Shown piece by piece: positions 33,271 to 49,900 of a DNA stretch of 64,000 nt. The position numbers were made by a program, and so were the translations under genes. Within the stretch, counting starts at the first letter, position 1, and each line of letters opens with the position of its first letter. Source of the stretch: the human T2T-CHM13v2.0 reference genome, Homo sapiens; NCBI RefSeq assembly GCF_009914755.1, contig NC_060930.1. One strand, 5' to 3'. The notes beneath the pieces are model-generated. The model was not told the origin of the DNA. It worked only from the letters and a program-made list of their open reading frames with translations, and did not search any database.

Positions 33271-36200
33271 AATGAGAAGCTACAGTAGGGGAAAAGTGCT
33301 ATAGAGTCAAAGGGTGGGAGGAGAGGTCAGAAAACTTTGAAAGGAAGGGACGTTTTAGTCGAACCATGAAGGATGAGCAATAGATACAGGAAAGGGAATG
33401 ACAGTGGAAAGCATCTGAGAGGAGAGAGAAACTCAGTTGAGGGGTGGCAAGAGAGAACAGTCCATGTGAGCATTAATGATGACTGTACTGGAATGGTGCC
33501 AATAGGTTTTGAGAGAATTTAGAGCATTATTCCAGTTAAATTATAAGAACAAATATGTTTCAAAATATATGTGACCTCTAAGTTTCCTTCCAAATTCAAA
33601 ATGGTATGGATATCAAAAGTATTAATCAAGCTCAAGCAACCTGGATGCAAACATTCAGTTTATATTCTACCTTAATTACATTTAAAATGTTACAAATCTG
33701 ATCATTTAGTTAAAGTGTTATATGGACACAAATGGGCAAAGTGAATGACAGCCACTATCCAAATGTGCTCTTTTCCCAAGGAACAGTGATTATAATATCA
33801 AAATAGAAAGGTTATTTTATTTTTTACAGCAACTGTGATAGAGGTAAACAATATATTAGCAGCAGCAGCAATAATAACAATGTCAAAAAGAGAGTAAAAT
33901 ATTGAATAAAAGCAACTTTGCCTCCCCTAACCATCAGGCAGATGTCAACAATCAAATTTTAAAAAGAATTCAGGCCCTGATACCTTAATTCCTGAGATTC
34001 CTCACAGATTTAGAATGCAGTCCCCTTGAAGATGGTAAATAAAGCTTTCTTTACCTAGCACAGGTGGCAGAAGACACCATTTTTACAGAATCAACATCAA
34101 TTTTCCCCTTCTATGTTAATATTGTCTCCTCCCACTTTTCTAATATCCATATTTGCCCCAGGATTAGATTTAGGATAGTTTAGGAAGCTGATCTTCCATG
34201 AGGTAAGATATTTTGTTTGATATTCTTACTCATATCTATTTCAGCAACACCATTCAGAAAGTTACAGAAGATTCTAGAGACATGGTAACTGTTCATTCTT
34301 GGTCCCCTAAACTCTCATCCCCAGAAGAATGATTTCCACTGTTAAGAAGGGAGTAAGAGTTTGGTAATTATTCTTCTCAGCTCCTAAGCTCCTCCGGGAT
34401 AGGATATGAAATTTTAGTGCCACCATCTTGTACTATTGTTGGTGGCTTGATCCCCCAAAAATCGAATTTTTTTACATTTGGAGAATTTGCTCTGCTTAGA
34501 TGAATATTACAAAATGTCTACAGAGGCAATTTTTGGTGCTTCATTTACAGCTCTCTTCCCTTTATTTTCCATGTAGGAAAATACAGCCTTCATTTATAGC
34601 CTTTATTTTCTGATTACAGACATCATCTGCTGTTTGTTGCAGCTACATCTATTTTATATGTTGGGAGCAATTGGGGATGGTTGTTCCATGAGAATACTGA
34701 TTCTCTGGTTAATTGCCAAGGATAAATTCATTGTATTTTGCTGTTTGGTGGACTGACAGGGACTGTAACATTCATCTGAAAAGGCATGGCCTATCTGAAG
34801 TCCTGTGGCATTGTTTTCCAAGAGATAAGATTACAATGATATCTGGGCAACAGGGCCTCTGCAAGCTCTCCATTTGTGGAGCTTGTTCTCTGTCGAGGGG
34901 CACGAGATTGAGGATGAAAATGGAGACTGAATACAGCCAACGCTCTGAAGATGGTCTTCTGCCTGGAAGCAGGCCCTCTAAAGCCAGTGGGTGGTATTAC
35001 AGATCAGAAGACCATCTTCCAGCTTGTTGGCAGAGGTACTCAATTAGGAATATCAAATAAAGATTGATGAAGATACTGAGCAGTTGAAACAGCTGCCCTG
35101 TTGGAGACCATCCCAGTAGAGAGGAGCATGAGTATCCCAGGAGAAACAACTCCAAGCTTTGGAGAAGTGGTGAGGAATGAGTTAAGACATGCTATGGAGC
35201 CTGAAACAGCTTACAAGAAATAGAGTGAGGCCTTCCTGGCTTAGACAAGGGGTCTGGCAGCTTATGCAGTTTCATATAGAACCCATTTGGAGATTCACCA
35301 TTGCCTTACATTTTCCTGCCCACTGGTCTCAAAAGTTCTCCAGCTTGTACATAATGGTGTCAGAAGTGAAGTGGAGTGAGAACCTTTGGCTGTGTCAGCT
35401 GCTGCTGCTGATCCAGATACATGATAATTTCTTTTTTCTTTCTCTAGATCACATCCCTTAACTAACTGAGAGGAGCATATTGCCCAGGCTTCCTCAGGCC
35501 CACGGGAGGAGATGGATAGCACCATCCACTACTTTTTAATAATGTTGTAATGAACAACATGAATCTTAGTTATAATAGCCAAACTATACAATTGTCCAGT
35601 CTTGGGTTTGACAGAGGCCTTGGTTGATTAACCTCAACTGAAAAACAACATGATACTGATTATTTATAATATGATGATACTGATTATTTGCAATATTTCA
35701 ATACATCAAAGTATTGAAAGATATTTTTTTTTCCTGTAGAGTGGTGAATTTGTGAAAATTCAGCTAAATTTTTATTTAGTTATTTTAATTCCTGTAGTAT
35801 AATTCAATTACCCCTTTATTTTCTTCCACTATTCTCTGGCTATTGAGCTATGATAGCAAGAGAATATAGAATTCACATGAAACACTGAAATATAAAATGA
35901 GGGAATCATAGGAAGATCCAAAATCAGAGTACCCTGAGACACTAACTAAATTGGAATTGAAAACAGGCCTTGGTTATATCATTCATTTTGTGCCAAACTT
36001 AAACAGGGTAAACTATGTTGTAAACATAAATTATACATGAATGGTTAGTACCCAGATGGTTAAAACTAAGGTTTGTATGATTCAAAATTATACTATAAAT
36101 AAGAGGAATCTTCATGTTATATGCAAGAACATTTGATTGCTGGACCTTCATTTGTTAGAGGCAATAAAATCACAAGACGTATATCTTACCCGTAGTTTTC

Positions 36201-37199
36201 TAGCTGTCATATGATATATTTTAGTGTTGGGGATAGGAGAGAGTGTTTTTTAAAAAGGCATGAAAAGTTCAATGTAAGTACTTTTAACTTGTGCTTTCTG
36301 AAATGTGATGAAAAAATTCAACATGAACAAAAAATGTAAACCTCTGAAATTTAAGTTTGTTGATTGTTATTGCTTGAGGGTGCCCTTATTATAGCTGGCT
36401 AAGCTTAAAATAACTATGAGAGGAAAGGAAGTAGGAGTGTACTTTTTATCTTAATATAAGAAAGGAAAAGAAAAATAAAAACCTATGTTCCTAAACTGCC
36501 CATAATAGGCAAAATATCATTAGCCTTTTCTGGAAGATAATCTTACTAAGCTTATTTATCTGAATTTTTTTTTTTTTTTTTTTTTTGCTGGTTGATTTTT
36601 AGCTATTTCTTCTTTTATCTCATATGATACCTCTGTTTCAACTATAAATTTCCTGAGAGCAGATTCCTTAGAGACGTGTGTGACCATCATCAGTGTGGCT
36701 ATGTTACATAACAATAGCTTATTTAATTACACCATAATATAGCATTTCCTATCTTATCTTTTGATAAAAATATATTTTTATGGACATTCATGATATGTGG
36801 TAATCACTATCCATTATAGTATGAAAATTTATATTTTGCGATGTGTGGATTTTAAAAGGAACTTGTCAATTCTGATGTGTGGAAAATTCTCCAGCCATAT
36901 GAAAGGGATGAGATTTGATGTTGATTTTAGGGATTTTTTTTCATCCAGCAGAGCACAAGTGATTTATCACCCAGGGCTTGATTAAGTAACATTTTCATTC
37001 ATGAACCGTTAAGTGTGTTATGAAAGATGTAGAAATAAAAAAGATAATTTCTCCACAGTCAAGAAGTTCATAATCTCATGAAGGTGATTATGCTATAGTA
37101 AACATGATGACAATGATGATGACCATAGAGAAAGAGGAGAAGGAAAGGTAGAAAGAAGAAAAGAGGTGAAAGGGAAGTAGAGAAGGAGAGAAGGAGAAG

Positions 37200-37400
37200 G
37201 AAATGACATAACATGCATTAACTATATACATGCCAATTCCTGAGCTAAATATGTCACACGGATTTTTTTTTCCTTTTTTTTTTTCAGTGCCCATGGAGGG
37301 AAACGCTCTTATTATTCCCCTTTTACAGATGAAACTAGTTTCCAAAAATTAAATAAGTTACTTAGAGTTACAAAGTTGGCAGTCTGACTTCACAGCTTAG
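37200..37400 (-). mobile_element. MIR fragment preceded by a GA-rich low-complexity tract (about 37125-37203)
   Basis: ttattattcccc ttttacagatgaaact...aaataagttacttagagttaca. Confidence 0.6.
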
Positions 37401-38483
37401 ATTTAAATTTATGCTATCTCTATCTTTCTTAGTATGACATAGTGATTAAGAGAGCAGAGACCATGGGGTTAGAATTCTAGGCAATTATGCCTAATTGCCA
37501 ACAGATTTGGGAGTTTAGTTTCTATTTTTAAGTTCTATCATTGTTTTACCTTATATGTGCTTGTTGATTCATTACAAAATCTTTCTTTACCCTTTAAGTA
37601 ATAATGATTTTTGTATCACATTTATTGTTCATAGAGTACTGAGGAAATTAAGTTAAAACAATAAAAGAAAAAAATATGTATTTTTGGCAGTTGTACTATT
37701 CTTGCTTTGGTTAAACAAGGTAGAACTTGTTACTTGGGCATTGGCCCTTAACTGGAAGCCTTTATTCAGTCACTATGCTTCCTAAGTATTCAAAGGGCTG
37801 CAGTTTGGGGTCCCCCCCAAATGTGCTAAAATTTATTAAGCACAAAACATGACTTTTGGTGTTGAAAGTTATGTTGGGACAGCCAAACAGGTCCTTGTAT
37901 GTCCTTGTCATGCCAATAAATCCAGCCAGAAAACTATTTTTAATGGTTGCATGAGTAACTGGTATTTTAAGAAGATACCCACACAGAGGGAAGAGGTATA
38001 GACAAACATCAGATTTTCAAGGACTCAACAAGGGAGTTTGCTTTTTCTGGTAAACTTCACCTGCAGTCTAAGCAACGAGGCCAGTGCCGAGTCTGCAACA
38101 GTACCACATGCTTCCTTTATGAATTGTGTGGGATCTGATAAATTTTTCAGGATTCAGTCCAGCTGTGCTCTCATCACATTGATTTAATGGCCCTTAAGAG
38201 AAACCATAAAAGTGCTTTCTGGTTAGTGAGACCCAGCTGTTTCTCATGGTATTGCATAAGACAGCAAGCTGAGTTAGCTATAGATTAATCATATTAAAAA
38301 TTCAACTTTTCCCATAATGTCTTATTTTCATACCAGAAAAGACTTGGAGCAAATATGTGATTTGTTCAGTTAGGTTGTTAGGCCCAAAAGGAAAGCAACT
38401 AAAGAAATTATCTGATTTGATCCAAAAAAGCTATTAATAATTAGAGCCCCCAAATGAACACTGAGTCATATTAACATATCTGG

Positions 38484-38486
<3 letters not shown>

Positions 38487-38527
<41 letters not shown>

Positions 38528-38539
38528 GTGTGTGTGTGT
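38487..38539. repeat. (GT)n microsatellite, about 26 units with one interruption
   Basis: Read directly from the sequence. Confidence 0.95.
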
Positions 38540-40880
38540 TTCCAGAGGGCGATGTGAAGGCCAATGGCTGGAACGGAGGAGGGCTGTGTTTTCATTACCA
38601 GGCAACAGTGCAAGAAGCCAACAAAATTATTTGAGGATTATCAGGCTCTCTGATGAGGTTGAGAACATTGAAAGTCGGTACAAAATGAATAGCTGTGTAG
38701 ATTTACAGTGTCATTCATGTCATCTGAGCCCTTTGGTTTTCTGCAAGCAGAAGGATGATTGTACTACCAGGCAATCTGTTACGTATTAAGCTGGGGGTAT
38801 GAAACAGTCTGTACTGAAAATGTTTCTGCTCAAAAGCAGACATGAAGCACTTAGAACTTTTGCACTTTAGGTACTTTCAGTCAATGAAGTACTCAGAAAT
38901 AAAATGTTTTTTCACCCCTGTTAAAACAATGAGGAAGATGAGAATGGGAAGGATTAGAAAGAAAAGTGTTAATTTTACAACCATTATTTTAGTATTAACC
39001 AAGTTACAGCTCCTAAATTCAAGGAGTGAAGTATGTAGTCACTGAAACTGAAGTCATCGTGGAGACAAATAGCTGGAGAATTACAATTATTATTTGCCTA
39101 ATTTTTGGTGATCAAGTCTGATTGCAACAGCCCTTTATTTAAATAAGACCACATGGAAGTGATTCATTGTTTGTGAGTGTAGGGTCACAGAATGTGAAAG
39201 ACCCTACACTGCAAACTATTGCAAACTTGAAAATTAGATAGAAAATAATTGTAGCTTAGATAGAAAAGAATTATTTTTACACTATCAGTGGAAAAGATGT
39301 TGCTAAGTGAAGAACTATATTTTCATAGTTTATTTTCATTTAGAAACATCCATTTTAATATAGAGCTATTTATATATTCTTATGTAGTTACTAACGTTCT
39401 CAATTAAAAACTTGATTTAAAAATATCTAAACATTGTATATTTCAAATTTAAGGATTCTTTTTTTTCTACCAGTTTCAGCATTAAACATAGTTTTGTGTT
39501 TTTTAAAGGTTGTTTATGGTTTAAGTTAATTGTTATTTTAAAATAATACCTGTTGAATATTTACGGGAAGTTCAATGATAAAGAAATTTATGGAACTATT
39601 CTCCTGATGGCAATAAAGTAACATATTTGTATAAAACTAGGTAATGATTCAAGGTCATATATATCCTTCAGCGTTTTTCCCTTGGAGAAATTGAACATAG
39701 TTGTTAGTATCCTTAACAGATACCTACAGATAGAGCTGGAGCAAGAGAGATGCTATTACTTGGGGTATTTTAAGGTCAGTATTTCAGTAGCTGCTATTTT
39801 TTATTACTTGTCATGTAGACCAGTTCTTCTCTACTGAAAAACATTAGCTTGAAAAACCAAAGGTTTGGTGGCCTGAATAGACAACAATAACCAATATCTT
39901 AACTTTGCCAGACACTTCTGTGGGAAACACGGAGCTGTGTCAGTTTTGCCATTCTTACAATTCTAGCCAATGCACTAAAGGCAAAGAGTAGTGTTGCTTG
40001 GTAATGATATGGGAGTGGTGAGAATATGACATCCCTTGGTTCTATTGATTGCCAAAAGCGCCAAGTTTTTCTTTTGCCTCCACAAGAAATGCAGCTTAGG
40101 CTTTCTGTAGTTCTCTGTGGTTTGCATTCAGTCCCAAATGCAGAGTGCAGGGTAAAAGAGTTATTGTCAACCAACAGCAGGCAAGTCAGAAAATGCCAGG
40201 CTGATGTAATGCAGGCTTCTATTTCACTTCAGAATGAAAATTTAATGTTTTTTGAGAGTCTGTTACAGAGCAATTCATTATGGTTATCTTATGAATGATG
40301 GGTTCAGAGAACTAATGTTTGTGCTACATATTTTTGTGGCTATTTCAGAAAATGCATTACAAGAGGCAAACAGCCAACAGCAAGAATCATGCTTAAGACT
40401 AAGAAGTAGAACTGGTTCAGCACAAAATGGATTTTTGTTTATTTCTTTGGGTCAAAGGTAAAAGGCTGTGTCATATAGGGCATATGCTTTTGGGAAGGGT
40501 GCCTGGTTAGGCACTGTTTTGTAAAGGTATTTTCCTTGTCTTGTTTGCCCACTCTGGGCAATCAAATAATTTTGTACTTTTTCCAGTTAGTATTTCTCTA
40601 TATGCTCATTTTAAAATAAAACAATAGAAAAATAGAGAAAATTTGGAGGAAGGAAAAAATATAAATGTAAACCCACAAACACAACTATTGTTTACATATT
40701 GATGTACCTCATTCCAATAAATTCTTTTGTAGATAAAAGCTTTAAACACATGATATGATTATGATAGTAACAGATCAATGTAGAAACATATATAACCATT
40801 ATTAGTACCAGATTAATACAAATTAAGCTTTGCTTAACTGTTGTCAGATTCAATAGAATCTGCTGACCCCAAAGGCCTTC

Positions 40881-41953
40881 ATATATATATACACATACAT
40901 ATATATGTGTATATATGTATATATATATGCACACACACACATATTGCACACACGTGCACACATATATATACTTTTAAGTTCAGGGATATACTTACAGGCT
41001 TGTTACATATGTAAACGTTTGTCATAGGGGTTCGTTATACACATTATTTCATTACCCAGCTATTAAGCCTCGTACCAATTAGTTATTTTTCCTGATCCTC
41101 TCCCTTCTCCCACCCTCCACCCTCCAATAAGCCCCAATGTGTGTTGTTCCTCTCTATGTATTGATATATTCTAGTCATTTAGTGCTCACTTATAAGTGAG
41201 AACATCAGATATTTGGTTTTCTCCTCCTGAGTTAGTATGCTAAAGATAATGGCCTCCAGCTCCATCCATGTTCCTGCATAGGACGTGATCTTTTTCTTTT
41301 TGTGGCTGCATAGTATTCCATGGTATATATGAACCACATTTTCTTTATCCAATCCACCATTGATGGGCATTTAGTTGATTCTATGTCTTTGCTATTATGA
41401 ATAGTGCTGTGGTGAACATACCCATGCATGTGTCTTTATGATAGAATGATTTATATTCCTTTGGGCACATACCCACTAATAGGATTGCTGGATCAAATGG
41501 TATTTCTGTCTTTAGGTCTTTGAGGAATCACCACATTGTCTTCTACAATGGTTGAACTAATTTATACTCCCACCAAAGTGTATAAGTATTTTTTGCCACA
41601 ACCTCACCAGCATGTTATTTTTTGACTTTTTAATAGTAGCCATTCTGACTGGTATGAGATGGTATCTCATTGTGGTTTTGATTTGCATTTCTCTAATGAT
41701 CAGTGATGTTGAGCTTTTTTTCATGTTTGTTGGCCGCATGTATGTCTTCTTTTGAGAAGTGTCTGTTCATGCCTTTGCCCACTTTTTAATGGGGTTGCTT
41801 ATTTTTATTCTGTAAATTTGGTTAAGTTCCTTATAGATGATGTATATTAGACCTTTGTCAGATGTATACTTTGCAAAAATTTTCTCCTATTCTGTAGGTT
41901 GTCTGTTTACTCTGTTGAGAGTTTATTTTGCTGTGCAGATGCTCTTTAGTTTA
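40881..41953 (-). mobile_element. 5'-truncated L1PA (about L1PA11-13), with a (TA)/(CA) microsatellite at its tail position (40881-40970)
   Basis: L1 3'UTR and ORF2 C-terminal fragments (ORFs 41232-41429 and 41557-41739). Confidence 0.9.
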
Positions 41954-42619
41954 GCAAACATCTTTTCATATTTAGAAGAGATGTTTCCAGGTTCTCACTA
42001 ACATTAATATTCAAATAATAATGTCCCAGAATCCCACATTATTCAATTAGTAGGAAGTCTTTTAGCAGGCTGCATTCCTGAAGTATTTCTGGGGTCCTAG
42101 AAGAATGCTCATATGTTCCCATATCCATCCTTGTTTTCACTTGTCACCATAATGCTCTGTCTACTCTAAGATGTTGCTCATATGTTGCTGTCTCTTATCA
42201 CCTTTAATCAGACTCCAGCCTGCATTCTGTCTGTCCTGACTGCTGCACTTCAAGAATGAACATTCTAAATTTCCCAAATAAGAGCTAATGTCAAGCATTT
42301 AACAGATAATAAAACTTTGTCAGAATTTTGGGGTTACCAGAAATTGCAAAATAAAAAGGAAAAAAGGTTAGAAATATTTAAAATGCTACTTAATATTCTA
42401 TTCTGGAAAACAATCTAAAATTTCTTACGTGCTTAATTTTGAGCTTTTAGGTTGTGTCAGTTTTTCACTTTTAAAAGCGGTTTATATATATTTTTGATGT
42501 AAAATTTTTATACTTCTATTTTGTATATCATCTCTGCCAGAACATATTCTTAGCTCTTAAAATTTATCAGAACATTTTGTGGGAAAGAAATCCTATATAA
42601 AGAATTTCCAGATTCACTT

Positions 42620-44517
<1,898 letters not shown>

Positions 44518-44799
44518 TGCTTAGTCATATTTAAAGTGTTTTAATTATACTTAACACATTGATTAATTATACAGCTCTGGTGGTTAGATCTCTATTTGGC
44601 TCTCCATCTAATTCATCACCTTTTCTTGTCCTTGCTGTAGCTCCAGGAAGATAGACTATATCACCTAGCTTCTTAGATGTCTGGTTTCTGGTTGGATTTG
44701 GTCATGGTTACTCACCAGTAGGAATTCAAGAGTGGGGTTAGATAGTGGAAAGATGTTTATTTACTTTCAGTTTCCTTCCAGGCTTTGAATGTATATATT

Positions 44800-44878
44800 T
44801 CTTTACTTATGCCACTTAATGAGACATTTATTCTATTCCAGAATACATAAATGTCTCATTAAGTGACATAAGTAAAGA
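44800..44878. repeat. Near-perfect inverted repeat, 32-bp arms, 15-nt spacer
   Basis: 44800-44831 versus 44847-44878, 31/32 complementary. Confidence 0.95.
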
Positions 44879-45016
44879 CTACTAAGAAAATAGCCTAACA
44901 TCAGTTAAGGCCGGGTTTTGCTGCCAAATCAATTTGTGACAAGTCTAGAAAAAAATATTGGTTTCTCAAAGTGTTGAAGATTTTGGAATGACAGATAGGG
45001 GATTATGAATCTGTAG
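44850..45016. mobile_element. Old Tigger-type (TcMar) DNA transposon end, possibly Tigger15a
   Basis: ggttttgctgccaaat...cagataggggattatgaatctgTA, ending in TA; family assigned from recall. Confidence 0.55.
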
Positions 45017-45159
45017 TTATTATTATAATTCTGCTCTAAAATCTTTGCAATTCTTATTCTCCTATCTGTTTTTTCTTTTGGCCCTAACTCAAAAATCCTT
45101 ATTTCATTGTGATTTTATTTTTAATTGAGAAATCATCTTCCTCTCTTTTCTTTTACTTC

Positions 45160-45980
45160 TTATTTTTAAGTAATTTTATGCTTAGAGAAAAGTTGCACAA
45201 AATAGTATGGAGAGTTTATGTAAAATTTTCATGTATTTTCCCCTAAAGTTAACATCTTGCATATCTATAGGGCAATTACCTAACGCAGAAAATTAACACT
45301 GCACCAATACTATTAAATAATCTATAAGCCTTATTTAAATTTTGCCAATTTTCCCACTAATGTCTTTCTTTTTTCTGATCTAGAATCGAATTCAGGACCC
45401 CAAGCTGCATTCATTGTCATGTCATTTTATTCTCTCTCCATTGACAGAGGTTCCTCAGTCTTTCTCTTTCATAATTTTGATGCTTTTGAAGAGTACTGAT
45501 CTTTGAAGTACTGATCTTTTTGAAGAGGACTGATTTTTTAGCATGTCCTTCAATCTGAATTTGTTGGATGCTTTGTTGTGTTTGTCTAGTGGTGATCTTC
45601 CATTTTCATCATTCCTTCTACATTTATTAATTAGAATCCCATTGAAAATAAGAGGTAGGCTTACTTTCCTATTTATTTATTTATAGCATTGTATACTCAT
45701 GGATATTTATTTTATTCCATAGGTTTTAAACCATTTTCATTATTTGTTTGGATGCGCAAATTTGGCTCATTTTTTGTTACTATTCAAGTTGGCTCCTCTC
45801 TTTCAACATACTCCCGATTTCTTTCTTTTTCTCTTTTTTAGCACTTCTTTACTTTCTGGCACTACAGGGTATTCCAAGCTCATCTTTTGTATTCTCTGCC
45901 CCAGTCCCAGGAAGAAACATTTTTTCAAAGAGCCCTGGTTTCTTTTATTGGCAAACAGTATTTAGACACAAAGGTCTGGG
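45160..45980 (-). mobile_element. L1MC-type 3' end fragment
   Basis: gaaaagttgcacaaaatagtatggagag...ttaacatcttgcata...ttttcccactaatgtc. Confidence 0.7.
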
Positions 45981-46633
45981 GAGATCTTGTTTCTTGGAAC
46001 TTTATCTAAGGAAATTATCTGAGGCCTGGGTGGACTGCTTTAGAAAGTTTTTGTATTTGCTCCTGTTAGATGCCATGACTCTACCAGCCTTAAGCTACTT
46101 TATTGTTGCCTTTAAGTTTTTACATCATTCAGGTAGTTCAGTTTTACTGTGCGCATCTAGGTGAGGGCTAGTTTATGGTTATTAATTCTTAGGGGCAAGA
46201 AGGTTCAATAGAGGAAATTGTCCTTACTACCTTCTAGCAGTAGGGTAGGCTGCTTTTTTCTGGTTCAGTTTGCCATCAGGATTTATTCCTTTGGTGCTCT
46301 GGTCTCCAGGTAGACTCTTCAATTTGTCCAGATCCTAAAATTTTTCTCCCATTCTCTGATCCTTATGAAACCATGAGAATTGAAGTCCAAGTTCACTAGG
46401 TTTGGCAAATTCTCTTCAGGAGACAGCCAGGTTCAATGTTCAGCTTTTCTCTGTGTTCCTGATTTCATTTCACTTTTCGGCCTCTGAATATTTCTTACAT
46501 TCATTCCAGCTCGTCAAAAGTATTTGTAAAAATGTTTTGTACATTTAATTCAGCATTTTTAATTGTCAGTGGAAAGGTAGTTCATGTGACCTCATCCTCC
46601 AAGTTATAGGAATTGAATATACATTAAAATTAG

Positions 46634-46914
<281 letters not shown>

Positions 46915-49900
46915 TTAGATTTAATTCATTTTAATTCATTCTATAGACTTTTTCTGAGGGAGTGATCATAAGGTTCAATAACATGTTAAGGCTTTGTATA
47001 AACATTATTATAGTTCACTGATTTTTTATTTTAAACATTGCTTTAAAAGCAGTGCAATATTTTATTTCACCTTCAATGGATGAGCATAAGTATTAATGTA
47101 CTTGCAAAGGGCCCTGGAATCCTCTAAGAATTCAGAGAAGGGAATAGTTTCTTAACCTCCCTGTGTGAGTCCTTCTCCATAGTTAGTATGCTTATCTGGA
47201 ATGTCTGACACAGGGACAGCAAAGGGGGTGGGCTAAACTAACAACAGATATTCAACAAAGATTATTGAAATGCGAAGTAAAAAGGAGGATATGTATTTTT
47301 CAAAGATCGTCACATAAAATCTCCAGTCAAAACATACTGACAACTATGAGGCCTTCTGTGCTGTTGGGGATTGATGGAACCATGATGTATGATGCTATAA
47401 ACATAGCAATCTGTTACCTGTTGACTTGCAGAGTTACATTGGCCTCATCAACATACCTGTGATGTCAGTTGTTTTGGAATTTCGTTCTCTCAATTACTTT
47501 TTATAGCCTAATCCCTCTTTCTACTTTTCCTAGCTATATTGCTTTAAATTAGCTAAAACCAATTTACCTCTCTACTGTTGTTACTAATAGCTTTGATTCT
47601 TTTCACAATTCTTACTTTCTTGTAATGCCTATAATTTTAAAACTATTTTAACTGACACATTTGCTGTTTCTTTTAATAAAGCTTAGAACAGGTTCTCAGT
47701 GAGTCAGAGTAGGAGGACAAAAAAAAAAAAAAAAAGAATCCTGAAAGTATCCTACCACAAGATATTTTAACTAACCCCATGAGAGTCCTGCTGCTAAAAT
47801 TGTACACCTACTGGTCATTGCTCATAGATAGCTCATAAAGCTTTCAGGCAAGGATATTCCTAATACACAAGCTCAAAGTAAATTGGAAAAGATGGTCCTC
47901 CCATTGCTAGATTTTCACTGCACTCATAATTCTTGAGGATCCATGTATTAAGTAGCAGAATGGCAAAATAATTTTAAATTAACTAGTATTCTCAATAGTT
48001 TTGACTTTTAATTTTTTATTAAAATGAATACAAATGTTTAAAATTCAAATAAAAGGTTAAAGCATAAGTTTGCTTAGCTATGCTGTGACTATAATCACTC
48101 CTGTACTCTTAAAGACTTGATTTGTTTCTTCTGTACTTAATGTGCTATTCAATTCACACAGAATATCTGTCACTTATTATAATAAGTAGTTTTAGCCTTT
48201 AGGACTAAGGCTGAGAATTTTGTTAACTGCCAAGAGCATACGTTAGAGAAAATAGCTCAGTATCTGCTTTCTTTAAAAGAAAAAATTACTTTGTATACTC
48301 ATTTAAATTGTTACTTATAACTTGTTACTAAAAATAACAATTATAATGTACTTACCATAACATTTATAAATATCTCTAGAGTTTTGTAATGTCATAGAAG
48401 CACCAAAAAAGAATGATAAATAGGGTGGATCACCAAACAGTAAAGGAAAGCCAGAGACAATAAAACATATTGACAAAAATGCTGGCAATATTGCAAGAAG
48501 TGAAAGAAATAACAGTAGGAAAGAGTGATGGAAGTGCTCAATGATGATGAAATATTTCTTTCTTATATTTCAGGAATGGGATGTAAAAAGATGAACAAAC
48601 AAAAAGAAAAGATAATATTGCAAAACACCGTATTGTGCTTATACCCAAAGAAGTTAAAATTAAATTTATAATCAATTATTTTATTGCATAAAGTTAATCA
48701 CAATTTGGAAGGCCATTGTTTCTAAGTTTTCTGTAAATTTTACTTTACTCACAATATGTAGGGTCCTGGTTTAGGCCTGGTAGAAGAGCTAAATGACATT
48801 ATGCATTTCTTCTAAAAGCTCATGAACCTAGACATGTCCTAAAATTATAGGGCAATATATGATTGATGCTAAATGTGAGTTAACAGTCAATAAGTAGTAT
48901 ATGGATGAGTAGTTCAGAATGAGGAAAAATCTTAAGGGCTAAAGTGATGAGAAATTTTTGATGAAAGATGAGGAATATTGGGAGAGAGGTACAAGATTAT
49001 AAAAGAGAAAAGGTGGGTTATTATTTCTTTAGGAAGAAAGATGTGGAAAGATGCAGAGGCATGTGCAGAAGCAGCAAGATCAGTGTGTAGGTATCTGTGC
49101 AGAGGACTGGGAGAGACCAGATTAAAGTGACTTGCTCAAAGTAATAAATATTAACTCCAGAAACTGAAAACTTTCAATTCCAACTACATGAGGAACAATG
49201 ATCTCTAAGTTCAAGTTACGTGTTTCTAAGTAAGTCAAGATTTGGTTTCTTCTTGGAGAAAGGGAAGAGATTTTTCAGTTTTGAGAATTGAAAGGAGAAT
49301 GAATATGGAGATATATTTTGAAGGTCGAGTTAAAAAAATGAGAAAGTAAGTTCCTTAAAGTAAGTAAAATAGGGTGAGAGTGGGTGGGCGTGTGTTCATA
49401 GGTGGCTATGACAGGTGAAGAAAAACAATACTGGAATTCAAATAAGCAAGAGATTATTTTGTTAAATGAGCCTTTTATGGGAATGCTGAATTTACCAAGA
49501 ATAGCAGACGGGAGAAATCACAGTAGAAAGAAAACTTGTGAATTAGGTGCTAGAGTGTTAAAGACATTAAATCAAAATGTGAAATTTCCAGAAGTTTTCA
49601 ATTCATGCAAATATATTTTTCATATTTAAGGCAAAGTTAGAGAAACATAAAAATATTTATAGTGCTATATTTATGTTTTTATTCCTTTAAAGATCTGTAG
49701 CTACCATGTTAAAACTGGGAAAAGATTATTATATATAATTTTACTCATAAAATATATTTTAAAACAGGTTTGAAAGTCAAATTTTCATCTGTAAATGTAC
49801 TACTGATAAGCATCCTAAGGCTTAACTGTTTAATACAAATAGAATTATAGGCTGATGAAATTTAATAATTCTACCATTTCTTAATTTTCATTTATTTTAT

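Noticed and set aside
34713-35525. 115-aa and 90-aa ORFs as coding exons
   Set aside because: No recognisable homology, the longer ORF has a non-ATG start, and the lengths are expected by chance.
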